Positions 55,210 through 64,000 of a DNA stretch of 64,000 nt are shown in pieces. The translations under genes were made by a program, and so were the position numbers. The stretch is from an uncultured Gemmatimonadales bacterium (GTDB taxonomy: Bacteria > Gemmatimonadota > Gemmatimonadetes > Gemmatimonadales > GWC2-71-9): positions 1,088,001 to 1,152,000 of the forward strand of contig CAVZZO010000003.1 in NCBI GenBank assembly GCA_963779755.1, written 5' to 3'. A model generated the notes under the pieces. It worked only from the letters and a program-made list of their open reading frames with translations. It was not told where the DNA came from and ran no database searches. Position 1 is the first letter of the stretch. Every line of letters begins with the position of its first letter.

Positions 55210-56207
55210 TGCTGCGTTCCATGCGCCGTCTGGCCTCGGGCGGTGCCATCCTGTGTTACCATGCGGTCACGAATCCCGACTTTCCCTCGGAATCGTCCGT
55301 CAACGTGCCGTCCGAACGCCTGGAAGAGGACCTCCGGATCCTGACCTCCCACGCGGAAGTTGTTCCCCTGGCCGTGCTGCTCGACCGCCAGCGAGCCGGG
55401 CGCTCCTGCGCCGGCCTCGCCGGCATCACCTTCGATGACGCATACCAGACGGTCGCCATACTCGCCCTGCCACTGCTCGTGCGATACGCCGCCTGCGCCA
55501 CAGTCTTCGTAACCTGTGAGGCTCTGGAAGGAGCAGCACGGTTCTGGTGGGACCGGATAGATTGCCTGCACGCCCGGATACCGTCCCGGCGATGGAGGCA
55601 CTTTGAGGACGAGCTTGGCCTCCCGGAGAGCTACCGCAAGGGACAACCCCGCGAAATGGGGCCGCTCCGTCCCCTACGACAGTGGATTCTGGCCCAGTTT
55701 GCCGGCCGCTGGCCCGCCGCGCTGGAGGCGGCATTGGCCGCGCTGGAGGGGGAGTACGGCAGCCACACGGCGCAGCACTGCATGAGTGTGGAGGAGCTGG
55801 ACCGGCTGGCTGCCCATCCGCTCATTTCCCTCGGTGTGCACACCTGGTCCCACCCGGTACTGCCGCTTCTCCCGGAGGGCGAACAGCGCCGCGAAATCGC
55901 GCGGTGCCGTGACTGGCTCCGGGGCCGCTACTCCGAGGTGCTGCCCGCCCTGGCCTTTCCCTTCGGGCTCTTCGATCGCCGCTCGGCCGAGATCGCCCGC
56001 GAGGAGGGAATGGAGGCTTCGTTCAGCCTGGCCGAACGGACCCTGCGCGGCGCCGAAACGGATGACGTTCTGCCCCGGATCAGCGGCAACCGCGATATGG
56101 CAGGGTGGAAGCTCCGCCTGCGCCTCACCGGGTGGTTCGACGACCGGGTGCAGCGAGGCCGCGGACTGGCCCGCGACTACCCCGCCCTTCCCTCTCCCAC
56201 CTCCTGA
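55209..56207 (+). CDS. Polysaccharide deacetylase
   Basis: ILCYH, ITFDDAY, GVHTWSHP and AFPFG. Confidence 0.88.
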   Translation: MLRSMRRLASGGAILCYHAVTNPDFPSESSVNVPSERLEEDLRILTSHAEVVPLAVLLDRQRAGRSCAGLAGITFDDAYQTVAILALPLLVRYAACATVFVTCEALEGAARFWWDRIDCLHARIPSRRWRHFEDELGLPESYRKGQPREMGPLRPLRQWILAQFAGRWPAALEAALAALEGEYGSHTAQHCMSVEELDRLAAHPLISLGVHTWSHPVLPLLPEGEQRREIARCRDWLRGRYSEVLPALAFPFGLFDRRSAEIAREEGMEASFSLAERTLRGAETDDVLPRISGNRDMAGWKLRLRLTGWFDDRVQRGRGLARDYPALPSPTS

Positions 56208-57431
56208 GTCGGCCCGGAGAGCAGCCCCCGATAAAGGCCGGTCAGTTGCTCCCCCAGGTGGGACCAGCTGTAGTGCTCTTCCACTGTTCGCCGCCCTTCC
56301 CGGCCCAGGCGCCGTCGCAGGGCGGAATCCCGCAGCACAGAGCTGATGGCGGCGGCGAAATCCTGGGGATCATCAGCCAGCAGGATGTTCTCCCCCGGGC
56401 GGGTGCGCAGCCCCTCGGCGCCGATCGCGGTGGAGACGACTGCCTTGCCCATGGCCCAGGCATTCAGGATCTTGAGCCGAGTGCCGCCGCCGATCCGGAG
56501 GGGCACGATAAAACAGGAAGCCCTCGCCACCAGGGGGCGGATATCGTCCACATAGCCGGTGAGCGTCACGCCCACCGCCGCGTACGCCGCCCGGTCCGCC
56601 TCCGAGGCGTGGCCGATCCACACCACCGGTGGCGCCCTACCCTCCCGGCGCAGCAGCGGCAGCACCTCGGCGGCGAACCAGTCCAGCGCATCCTTGTTGG
56701 GCCACCAGTCGGTGCCGCCGGTGAAGACGCAGCCTTCGCGCGGTCCGGGCGGCGCGGGGGCAAAGAAGTCAGTATCCACGCCGTTGGGAATAGCCACCAC
56801 CCGGGCGCCCGGCGCCAGCCGCCGCAACATCGCCGCGTCGGCATCTGAAACGGCCACGTTGAGCCGCACTCGCGGCAGCCAGCGGCGTTCCGCCCGCTCC
56901 AGGTTGCGCGCCTGCAACCGCAGGTAGGCGCGGGCCGCAGGGATTTCGAAGCCCCGCTGCACGGCGGCGGAGCAGATGCGACTCCACATTGTGGTGAGTA
57001 CAGGCCACCGGCACCCCGGCCGGCAGGTCCGGCAGGTAGCGCACCAGGTCGAGGCTGTCGCAATGGATGATCGCCGGTGGTTCGGAGCGCAACGTGTCGT
57101 GCAGCGCCTGCCGGTAGTCAGGGGCGTCGTGCAGGTACCAGGTGTAGGGCCGGCCGGTCAGCAGGCTGCGCAGATGATCGGCGTAGAGCCGGGCGCGGCT
57201 GGACTGCTGGGGAATGGGGAAGGCACGGATACGGGCCAGCCCCTGAAATCCGGCCAGGCGCTCGCTCAGGGAGAGCCGCCGGGCCGGATCGGTCCGGTAG
57301 AAGCAGAGCGCGGTGACTTCGTAGGCGCCGGCCAGCAGCTTCAGGACGTTGAACGTCCGGAGGGCGGCACCGCTGTCGGGAGGATAGGGAAGAAGATGGG
57401 AGAGGAAGAGCAGCCTGGGCTTGCCGGTCAA
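56177..57431 (-). CDS. GT4 glycosyltransferase, one apparent frameshift at about 56941
   Basis: LPYPPDSG..RTFN and HNVES in one frame; PNGVD, PN.D and GGGTRLKIL in the next. Confidence 0.82.
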
Positions 57432-57456
57432 ACCGCTCCTCCCCTGGTCAGCGCCG

Positions 57457-57577
57457 TACCGCCGTACCGCTTACCGCTTACCGCTTACCGCTTACCGCCT
57501 TACCGCTTACCGCTTACCGCTTACCGCTTACCGCTTACCGCTTACCGCTTACCGCTTACCGCTTACCGCTTACCGCC
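57457..57577. repeat. Heptamer microsatellite (TACCGCT), about 17 units
   Basis: 14 perfect and 3 variant units; contains the stop codon of the upstream minus-strand gene. Confidence 0.95.
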
Positions 57578-58677
57578 CGCTAATATACCAGTCTCCAATG
57601 TGGATGAACATGTCATGGGGTACGGGATTATGGCCGCCGCCGTAGGTGGGCGTGATATCAAGGTAGTCGAACCCGGTTGGGGCGGCCCCGTCCACGAAAC
57701 CATTTGACATCGGGATGATAAGTATCCTCCACTCCGTCCACCCAGATGTGCAGGATGCCATCCGCGGTGGCCTGCGTGTTGGCGACCATCAGGAACTCAA
57801 ACTGGTGCCACTCTCCCATATGTGAGGACCACTGGAAGGTGGTAGGCATGTTCCGGTTGAAGCCCCCCGGGCCCTCAGTGTTCACGCCCATGTTCCCGGC
57901 ATCCCTCGTGCCGCTAAACAGATTGAGATAAGCGCTGCTGCCCTCAGGCGTTCCCTGGTAGGTATTGTACACAAAGGCGAGTTTGGTCCCGGCGTTGCCG
58001 TTGTTCGTGAACCCGGGGGCGACCTCGAGCCAGAAGCACTGATACAGTGTCTTGACCACGGGCAATTTACGGTTGATATGGAACGGCCCCCCTCCACCAC
58101 CCATCCCGGCGGGGAAGAGCCCGGTCAGAAACGGATTCCCTGCCGGGAACAGGTTGTCGTTGCCCAGAGACAGCCGGTTCCATCCACTTGATACGGACCA
58201 CCCTTGGGCGTCCCTGAGCGGCGCCTGTGGCGGGACTGCCGCCCAGGTCTGCCTGGTGATCGGGGTGAGACCGACGGGCTCGTTACCACAGGGTTGCGTC
58301 ACCGGATTGGGCGGTACCCGGATGGTGACGACCGAGGTATCGGCCGCACCGGACACCGGATCCCGGGCGATAACGAGAAAGTCGCCGGGCGTCGAGCCGG
58401 CCTGGTAGAGACCGGTCGAGTCAATGACTCCACCTGTAGCCGTCCACTCAACCGCGGGTGCCGGCGCAGCGGCATCGGGGACCATCGCCTTGAACTGATT
58501 CGCGCCCCGCGGCTGAATTACCACCGAGGACGGCTGAACAGTGACATTTGTGGGTGAATCGGGGCTGCTGAGTTTGTTGCCGGGGGCGCAGGAGGCCAGG
58601 GGGATCAGCGATAGCACCATCCACGTTGCCGCACGCAGCCGCGCCAGGCGGCGTGCCAGCCGAAACTGGTAGTTCAT
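57570..58677 (-). CDS. Lipoprotein with one Ig-like repeat plus the third copy of the lyase/lectin-like domain; frameshift at about 57697
   Basis: Lipobox LASC; same domain motifs; the tail DITPTYGGGHNPVPHD..WYISGR is in a shifted frame. Confidence 0.8.
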
Positions 58678-58910
58678 CAGTGCGCGTACACCTCAGCTGA
58701 ATGTGGGGAAAGACGCAGTTTTCCTCAGAGGTGAACGCAACATGTACCCACCCTGAAGGTGGGTCAATTCACAACATCATGACATGATGTGCAATATGTG
58801 TTATATCATTACATTGAAACAAGTTAACAACTTGCTGTAATGCTGTTTTAATGAGAGTGTCGAATAATCAGCCGCCAAACGAACTTCATGTTGCAGTGCC
58901 GTGATCCTGC

Positions 58911-60862
58911 TCACACTGCTTCGGTGATGCCGGTCACGCTCGACCGCTCCCGGTTCCAGGCCAGGTAGTTCAACACCGCCCACAATCCTGTCGCCAGGCC
59001 TCGCTCACCCGCCAGAAAGCGCTCCCACGCGCTCCGCGCAGCCCGCAGGTTGATCGGATCGCCGCCGCCGGAGTGCAACAGATCCGCACCCCAATCCCGC
59101 AGCGGCCCGCGCAGCCACGCCGCCACCGGCACCGAGAAGCCCATCTTCTCCCGGTCCACCAGGGCCGGCGGCACCCGGCGGTACAGCACCTGCCTGAGGA
59201 TCCACTTGCCTCGCCCCTCGCGCACTTTGAGCCGGCGCGGCAGCCGCCAGGAGTACTCCACCACCCGATGATCCAGTATGGGCACCCGCGCCTCCAGGCT
59301 CACCGCCATGCTGGCGCGATCCACCTTGGCCAGCAGGTCATCGGCCAGGTACCCGGCCTGGTCGGCCAGCATCATCCGCTCCATCAGGCCCAGACCGGCG
59401 AGGGAAGCCAGGGCTTCATTGCCGTTCTCTTCCTCCCCGCGCACCAGGCCCGCCGGCTCCTGCCAGGCCGAGAGCAGCGACCGGTACATCCGCTCGGGCG
59501 AATCCTGCCGCAGCAGCGCGGCGAGCTTGTGCAGTTTCTCGCCCGGCAGCCGGGTCCGGGCCCGGGCGGGAAGCACCGGCCGCATCGCCTGGTGGATCGC
59601 ATCCCATGCGGCGGCAGGCACCGCCGCAAGCCCGGCCGCGCCGGCCCGGCGCAACGCGCGCGGCCAGGCACCCGGTCCGGTAATCATGCGCTCGCCTTCC
59701 AGGTAACGGTTGTATCCGGCGAACAGCTCGTCGCCGCCGTCACCGCTCAGCGCCACCGTGACATGCTGCCGCGCCAGCCGGGAGACGAGAAAGGTGGGCA
59801 GCTGGCTGGGATCGGCCAGCGGCTCGTCGAACATCTCCGGTAACCTGGGGACCACCTCCAGCGCATCATCGCCGGTCAGGTACAGCTCGGTATGCTCGGT
59901 GCCCAGGTGCTCCGCCACCGCCCGCGCCTGGGCCGCCTCATCGTACTCCCGGGCATCGAAACCGATGGTGAAGGTGCGCACCCGCCGGCCCGCCTGCTCC
60001 TGCATCAGCGCCACCACGGTGGACGAATCCACCCCGCCCGACAACAGCGCGCCCAGCGGCACATCGGACTGCAGCCGCAGGCGAACGGCATCCCGGAGCA
60101 GCGCGTCCAGCTCGTCCACGCCCTCCTCGTCGGTGCCGCGGAAGGGGTCGGCCGCGCCCGGCGCTCGCGGCGTCCGCCGCCGACCAGTACGCCGCCGAGG
60201 CCGGCAGCGGCGCGCGGGGATCGCGAATGGTGATCAGGTGCCCGGGCAGCAGCTTGCGGGTATGGCGATAGATGCTGGCCGGAGCGGGAACGTAGAGGTA
60301 ACGCAGGTAGGCCGTCAGGGCGGCGGGATCCACTTCGTCGTGAAAACCGGGATGCGCCGCCAGCGCCTTCAGCTCCGAGCCGAACAGCACCAGACCGTTG
60401 CGGGCATACAGGTACAGCGGCTTGATGCCCATGCGGTCCCGGATCAGGGTCAGGCACCTCTCGCTCGGCGTCCCACACTGCGATGGCGAACATGCCGATG
60501 AACCGCCGCACCGAGGCCTCGACTCCCCAGCGCTCGAAGGCGGCCAGGATGACCTCGGAGTCCGACTGCCCCCGGAACCGCGCTCCCAGCCCCTCCAGCT
60601 CCTTCCGCAGCGCGAGGTAGTTGTAGACCTCGCCGTTGAAGATCATGACGAAGCGGCCGCCGGCCGAGGTCATCGGCTGGTGGCCCAGCGGCGAGAGATC
60701 GAGAATGGCCAGGCGGCGGAAGCCCAGGGCGACCCCGGCGGCGGGATCGGCCCAGGTGCCTTCATCATCCGGGCCGCGGTAGGCGATGGCGCCGGCCATG
60801 CGGCGTACCCGCTCCTCCAGCCCGGCGTTGCCGTCACCCAGGATCCCCGTGATGCCGCACAT
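58911..60862 (-). CDS. asnB: Second asparagine synthase-family amidotransferase, two apparent frameshifts (about 60455 and 60155)
   Basis: MCGITG, RGPD and NGEVYN / MGIKPLY and FGSELKA / LSGGVDSS, SGDGGDELFAGY and KMGF, in three frames. Confidence 0.85.
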
Positions 60863-60865
60863 GGG

Positions 60866-62521
60866 TCAGGCGCCCTCCCCGGCGGCGGCGGGCTCGGCCA
60901 CGTCGAACAGGGCCAGGTCCTCCTCGTGGTCGCGGGCGAAGCGTCGCGCATCCAGCGCGACCAGGCCGCCCTCCAGCGGGCTGAAGGCGGCATCGCGCAG
61001 AAACTCGCGCAGGGGAGAGTTCCGCTCCGTGGCGGCGTGTTCCAGCCGGTTGGGCGCCTGATCGCGGGCGCAGAGCCACGCCAGAAAGGCGTACTCCACC
61101 CGCCGCTGAAAGACACGGCAGGACATGACCAGCGAGGCGATGGTGCCATCCGGGCGGATGAGACAGGAGAGAATTTCGCCGTGACTGCCGTGCCGGTCTT
61201 CCAGGCTCGCGGAATAGAGCCGGCCGCCCGCATCCAGCACCGCCTGGACCTCGTCGTCCTCCACCCGCACGCCGTTGAGATTGAACTGGTTGGTCTTGTT
61301 GATGAGCTGGACCGCGCGCGTGCGGTCGCCTGCGCTGCGGTCGTGCAGCGTGAGCCGCATCTGGAGATCGCGCAGGAAGCCGGAGAGATCGGCGCCGGCC
61401 AGCTCGCTGGGCACCATCCCCGCCAGCCGGCGGCGATACATCTCGGTGCGCTCGCGGTCTTCGGCGGTCACCCTCCGACGGGGGAAGAGTGCCTCGACCT
61501 GTTCCAGCAACGCCGGCAGCTCTTCGGCCCGTCCCGGAAAGGTCACACAGTGCACCCCCGGCACCTGGAGCGACACTTCAGCCAGCTCCACCGGGTTGTC
61601 GTCCACGAACACAAAGCTGTCGAGCCCCAGATTGAGCTGCGTGGCCAGCTCGCGAATCTGGGCCGACTTGGCGTGATAACTGGCGATCACCGCGACGAAA
61701 TCGCCTTCCCGCAGCGGCATCTCGCCCTTGCGGAGCGGCGCCAGCGCCACCTCCGGATCGTTCCGGCTCACCGCGGCGAGCAGCACGCCTTCGATCCGCA
61801 GCCGGGCCAGCAGGGTCTGGTAGATGAAATGGCGGTAGCCCTTCCCCTCCGCGCGCCAGTAGATGCCCTCTTCGCCGTCCTCCGCGATCACGCCGGACCA
61901 GAGGGTGTTGTCGAGGTCGGTGACCAGTACTTTGCAGGGCTCGGGGGCCGGATCGAGCGCAGCCGATATGATATGGCCCGCGACCTCCCATAACGCGCCA
62001 CCCCCCACGGGGCAGCCCGAGTTGAGGTAGGTGGCCAGCGAGAAGGAACCGGCCGGCAGCTCCACCGCACCCAGCGAGGCCGCCAGCGACCGCAGCTCGA
62101 AAGCCAGCGCGCGGTTCTGGCCCGGATGGGGGAGCAGCGGCGGCAGCGCCGCCGGCAGGTAGAGGAAGCGCGCCCTCTTTCGCTGCGCCAGCCGGCCCGC
62201 GACCTCCGCCGCCGATTGCCGCAGCATCTCGAACTCCTGCGGAGAGCGCGGGATTCCGGAACGCCAGTCTGCTTGGGGCAGCAGGTCCCAGGGGAGGAGG
62301 AGGAAGACTTCCTCCAGCTCCTCCGCCGGCTGCAGCAGCAGTTGCCCCAGGGTGTTGAACGGCAGCGTGCCAACCCGCGCATCCCTGCCCCTCTCGGCCG
62401 CGCGGGCGCGGAGGTAGAGATCCAACTGGTCGCTGGTTCCCGACATGGCCAGCAGAAACTCCAGCGGCGCTCCGCCCTGGAATGCCGCCAGGATCCGCCG
62501 GGCCTCCAGAAACCCGGCCAT
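60866..62521 (-). CDS. FkbH-like HAD-IIIC glyceryl transferase/phosphatase
   Basis: DLDNTLWSG, SRND, FVDDNPVE, QLINKTNQFN and MSCRV. Confidence 0.92.
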   Translation of the reverse strand: MAGFLEARRILAAFQGGAPLEFLLAMSGTSDQLDLYLRARAAERGRDARVGTLPFNTLGQLLLQPAEELEEVFLLLPWDLLPQADWRSGIPRSPQEFEMLRQSAAEVAGRLAQRKRARFLYLPAALPPLLPHPGQNRALAFELRSLAASLGAVELPAGSFSLATYLNSGCPVGGGALWEVAGHIISAALDPAPEPCKVLVTDLDNTLWSGVIAEDGEEGIYWRAEGKGYRHFIYQTLLARLRIEGVLLAAVSRNDPEVALAPLRKGEMPLREGDFVAVIASYHAKSAQIRELATQLNLGLDSFVFVDDNPVELAEVSLQVPGVHCVTFPGRAEELPALLEQVEALFPRRRVTAEDRERTEMYRRRLAGMVPSELAGADLSGFLRDLQMRLTLHDRSAGDRTRAVQLINKTNQFNLNGVRVEDDEVQAVLDAGGRLYSASLEDRHGSHGEILSCLIRPDGTIASLVMSCRVFQRRVEYAFLAWLCARDQAPNRLEHAATERNSPLREFLRDAAFSPLEGGLVALDARRFARDHEEDLALFDVAEPAAAGEGA

Positions 62522-62760
62522 CAGCCCGTCTCGCGCGCGACCAGGTCCGCGGCGCGCTCCCATGAGGTCATGTCCAGCGATTCGGCCGTGTCGATGGTGA
62601 TCCCGAATTCGCTCTCGATGGCCGCGATGAGGGAGACATGGGCAACCGAATCCCAGGCCTCAGTCACGCCGGCTTCCAGCCCGGTGACGTCGGACCCGGC
62701 CGGCAGCTCGAAGACCTCACGAAAGATGGACTGCAACCTGGTGTGCTGATCTTGATCCAT
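62521..62760 (-). CDS. Acyl carrier protein
   Basis: 79 aa, acidic; WDSVAH phosphopantetheine site; IESEFGI. Confidence 0.88.
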   Translation of the reverse strand: MDQDQHTRLQSIFREVFELPAGSDVTGLEAGVTEAWDSVAHVSLIAAIESEFGITIDTAESLDMTSWERAADLVARETG

Positions 62761-62819
62761 GGAGCCCGGAGTCGTTGAAATCGTTGTGTCGCCAAAATAT
62801 AAGCCCGGACCGGAGGGGC

Positions 62820-63784
62820 TCAGACCGAAGGTTGCCCGCGTCGCTTTTCCTGCCACTTTCGCGCCACCAGATCGCGCGCCCAGACCCATTGCATGCGCCG
62901 CCATTCGCCGGCCGGGAGGGGGCCCGGCGCCCGGGCGTCCCGCAGCCAGTCCAGCAGCTCGCCCACCGGCGGGAACCAGCCCGGACGCCCTGCCAGCCGC
63001 TCCAGCAGGCGCCGGGTCACCGGGTGTACTTCGCCTTCACGGACGAAGCGCTTGCCGAAATGGGTCGCGACGATGCAGATGCCCCCTTCCCCTTCCAGCC
63101 GGTCCTGATTGTCGGGCCGGAGCAGCCGGTTGAACGCCACCACGTCCTCCGCGTCGCTGGCGGAGAACCACCAGGGGATGAGCGGCCGGCGCGGATCCTG
63201 ATACGGCAGGGTGGGATTGATGCTGAGCAGGTTGATGCGGTTGAAGGTGAGATTCCGGGCGTAGACGCAATGCGCCTGCGCCCGGTCGCCCCACCAGTAC
63301 TCGCTGCCGGGAAGGTGTCCCTGATAGAAGTCCCGGGAACGGCCCGTCATCCGCCCGAAGGCGGTCCGCACCACCGCATCGTCCAGCCGGTCCACGCCCC
63401 AGTAGAGATTTTCCCGGTTGTAGGAGTGATTCACGTGAATTCGCGGATAGTGTCCCAGCGCCGCCCGGAAGGCCTCCAGCCCGCGCACGGTCCGCTCCCG
63501 GCGGCTCGATTCCATGGTGGCGGCATGCCAGGTCACCTCGAAGCCGCGCGCGGCCAGGTCAGCACGAACGCGAGATAGCCGGGGTCTTCCAGCGTCTCGC
63601 TGCCCTGGTAGTCGGGGCTGCCCTCGGGACAGGCGAGGGGCCAGACGGTCTTGGTGGTCCGCATGCCCAGCGATTCCAGCAGCCGGTAGAGCGGCCCCAC
63701 ATTCGCGACCGTGGCCACATCGGTGTCGTCAATGACGGTAAAGGCGAACCGGGCGCCGCCGGGAAAGGCCAGAGGCCGGGCCAT
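62820..63784 (-). CDS. Conserved hypothetical protein (deacetylase/glycoside-hydrolase-like), frameshift at about 63560
   Basis: FTVIDDTD..TTKTVW in one frame, continuing GFEVTWH, HVNHSYNRENLYWG and THFG in another. Confidence 0.65.
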
Positions 63785-64000
63785 CAGAGATCGCCTTCCG
63801 AATCGCCGTCGGCACGGGTAATCCACCACTGACCCAGGTCTTCCGGGAACGTCAGGTCTTTCGGTGGGCGCACCAGAAGGTGGACATTGCCGGGCGCCGG
63901 CAAGTAGGCGGCGCGCCGAAGCAGGGCCAGCGCCGCGGGATGGCTCGCCGTTGCCAGAATGCCGTCCGCGCCGAGGCCGCGGGCCAGCTCTTCGGCCCGG
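63784..64000 (-). CDS. 3' end of a gene cut by the window edge, possibly GNAT-like
   Basis: Open frame ...GADGILATASHP...WWITRADGDSEGDL*; TGATG overlap with the next gene. Confidence 0.5.
   Translation of the reverse strand, partial: RAEELARGLGADGILATASHPAALALLRRAAYLPAPGNVHLLVRPPKDLTFPEDLGQWWITRADGDSEGDL

Noticed and set aside
57457..57577. Possible CRISPR array
   Set aside because: Contiguous 7-nt units with no spacers, and no cas genes in the window.
60866..62760. Polyketide or NRPS cluster
   Set aside because: No KS, AT, C or A domains in the window.
1..64000. tRNA/rRNA genes, IS elements, integrases, exosortase or PEP-CTERM proteins
   Set aside because: None recognised by eye. A covariance-model and HMM scan would be needed to exclude small RNAs.

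Overview
GC-rich bacterial DNA (Gemmatimonadota-like by protein style, which is inference). The whole window is one large cell-surface glycan/exopolysaccharide locus of about 53 genes, open at both ends. I saw no rRNA, tRNA, CRISPR, transposase or phage genes. Left half (1-33.6 kb): a lipid-linked-sugar decoration system with four GT-C-type membrane glycosyltransferases, several DPM1-like GT2s, a deacetylase-GT2 fusion, two FAD oxidoreductases, an AsnB-type amidotransferase, a nucleotide-sugar dehydrogenase, an AT3-SGNH acyltransferase and a Thr-type sulfatase-like enzyme. It also holds an unusual operon encoding GT87, a YvcK/CofD-GT2 fusion, a HAD phosphatase, a nucleotidyltransferase and a GT2. 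Right half: Wzx/Wzy-type EPS genes, many GT4s, a sulfotransferase, two LbH acyltransferases, an ATP-grasp ligase, a PHP protein, FkbH + ACP + a second AsnB, and three exported proteins that share a near-identical lyase/lectin-like head. Non-coding signals: up to eight sigma54 (-24/-12) promoter motifs in front of transcription units; ten 7/8/9-nt tandem-repeat arrays, nearly all at gene junctions and six of them inverted pairs; and a duplicated gene 3' end bracketing a 3.9-kb cassette. Eight single-base frameshifts in six genes are most likely sequencing errors. All family calls come from motif recognition, not database searches.
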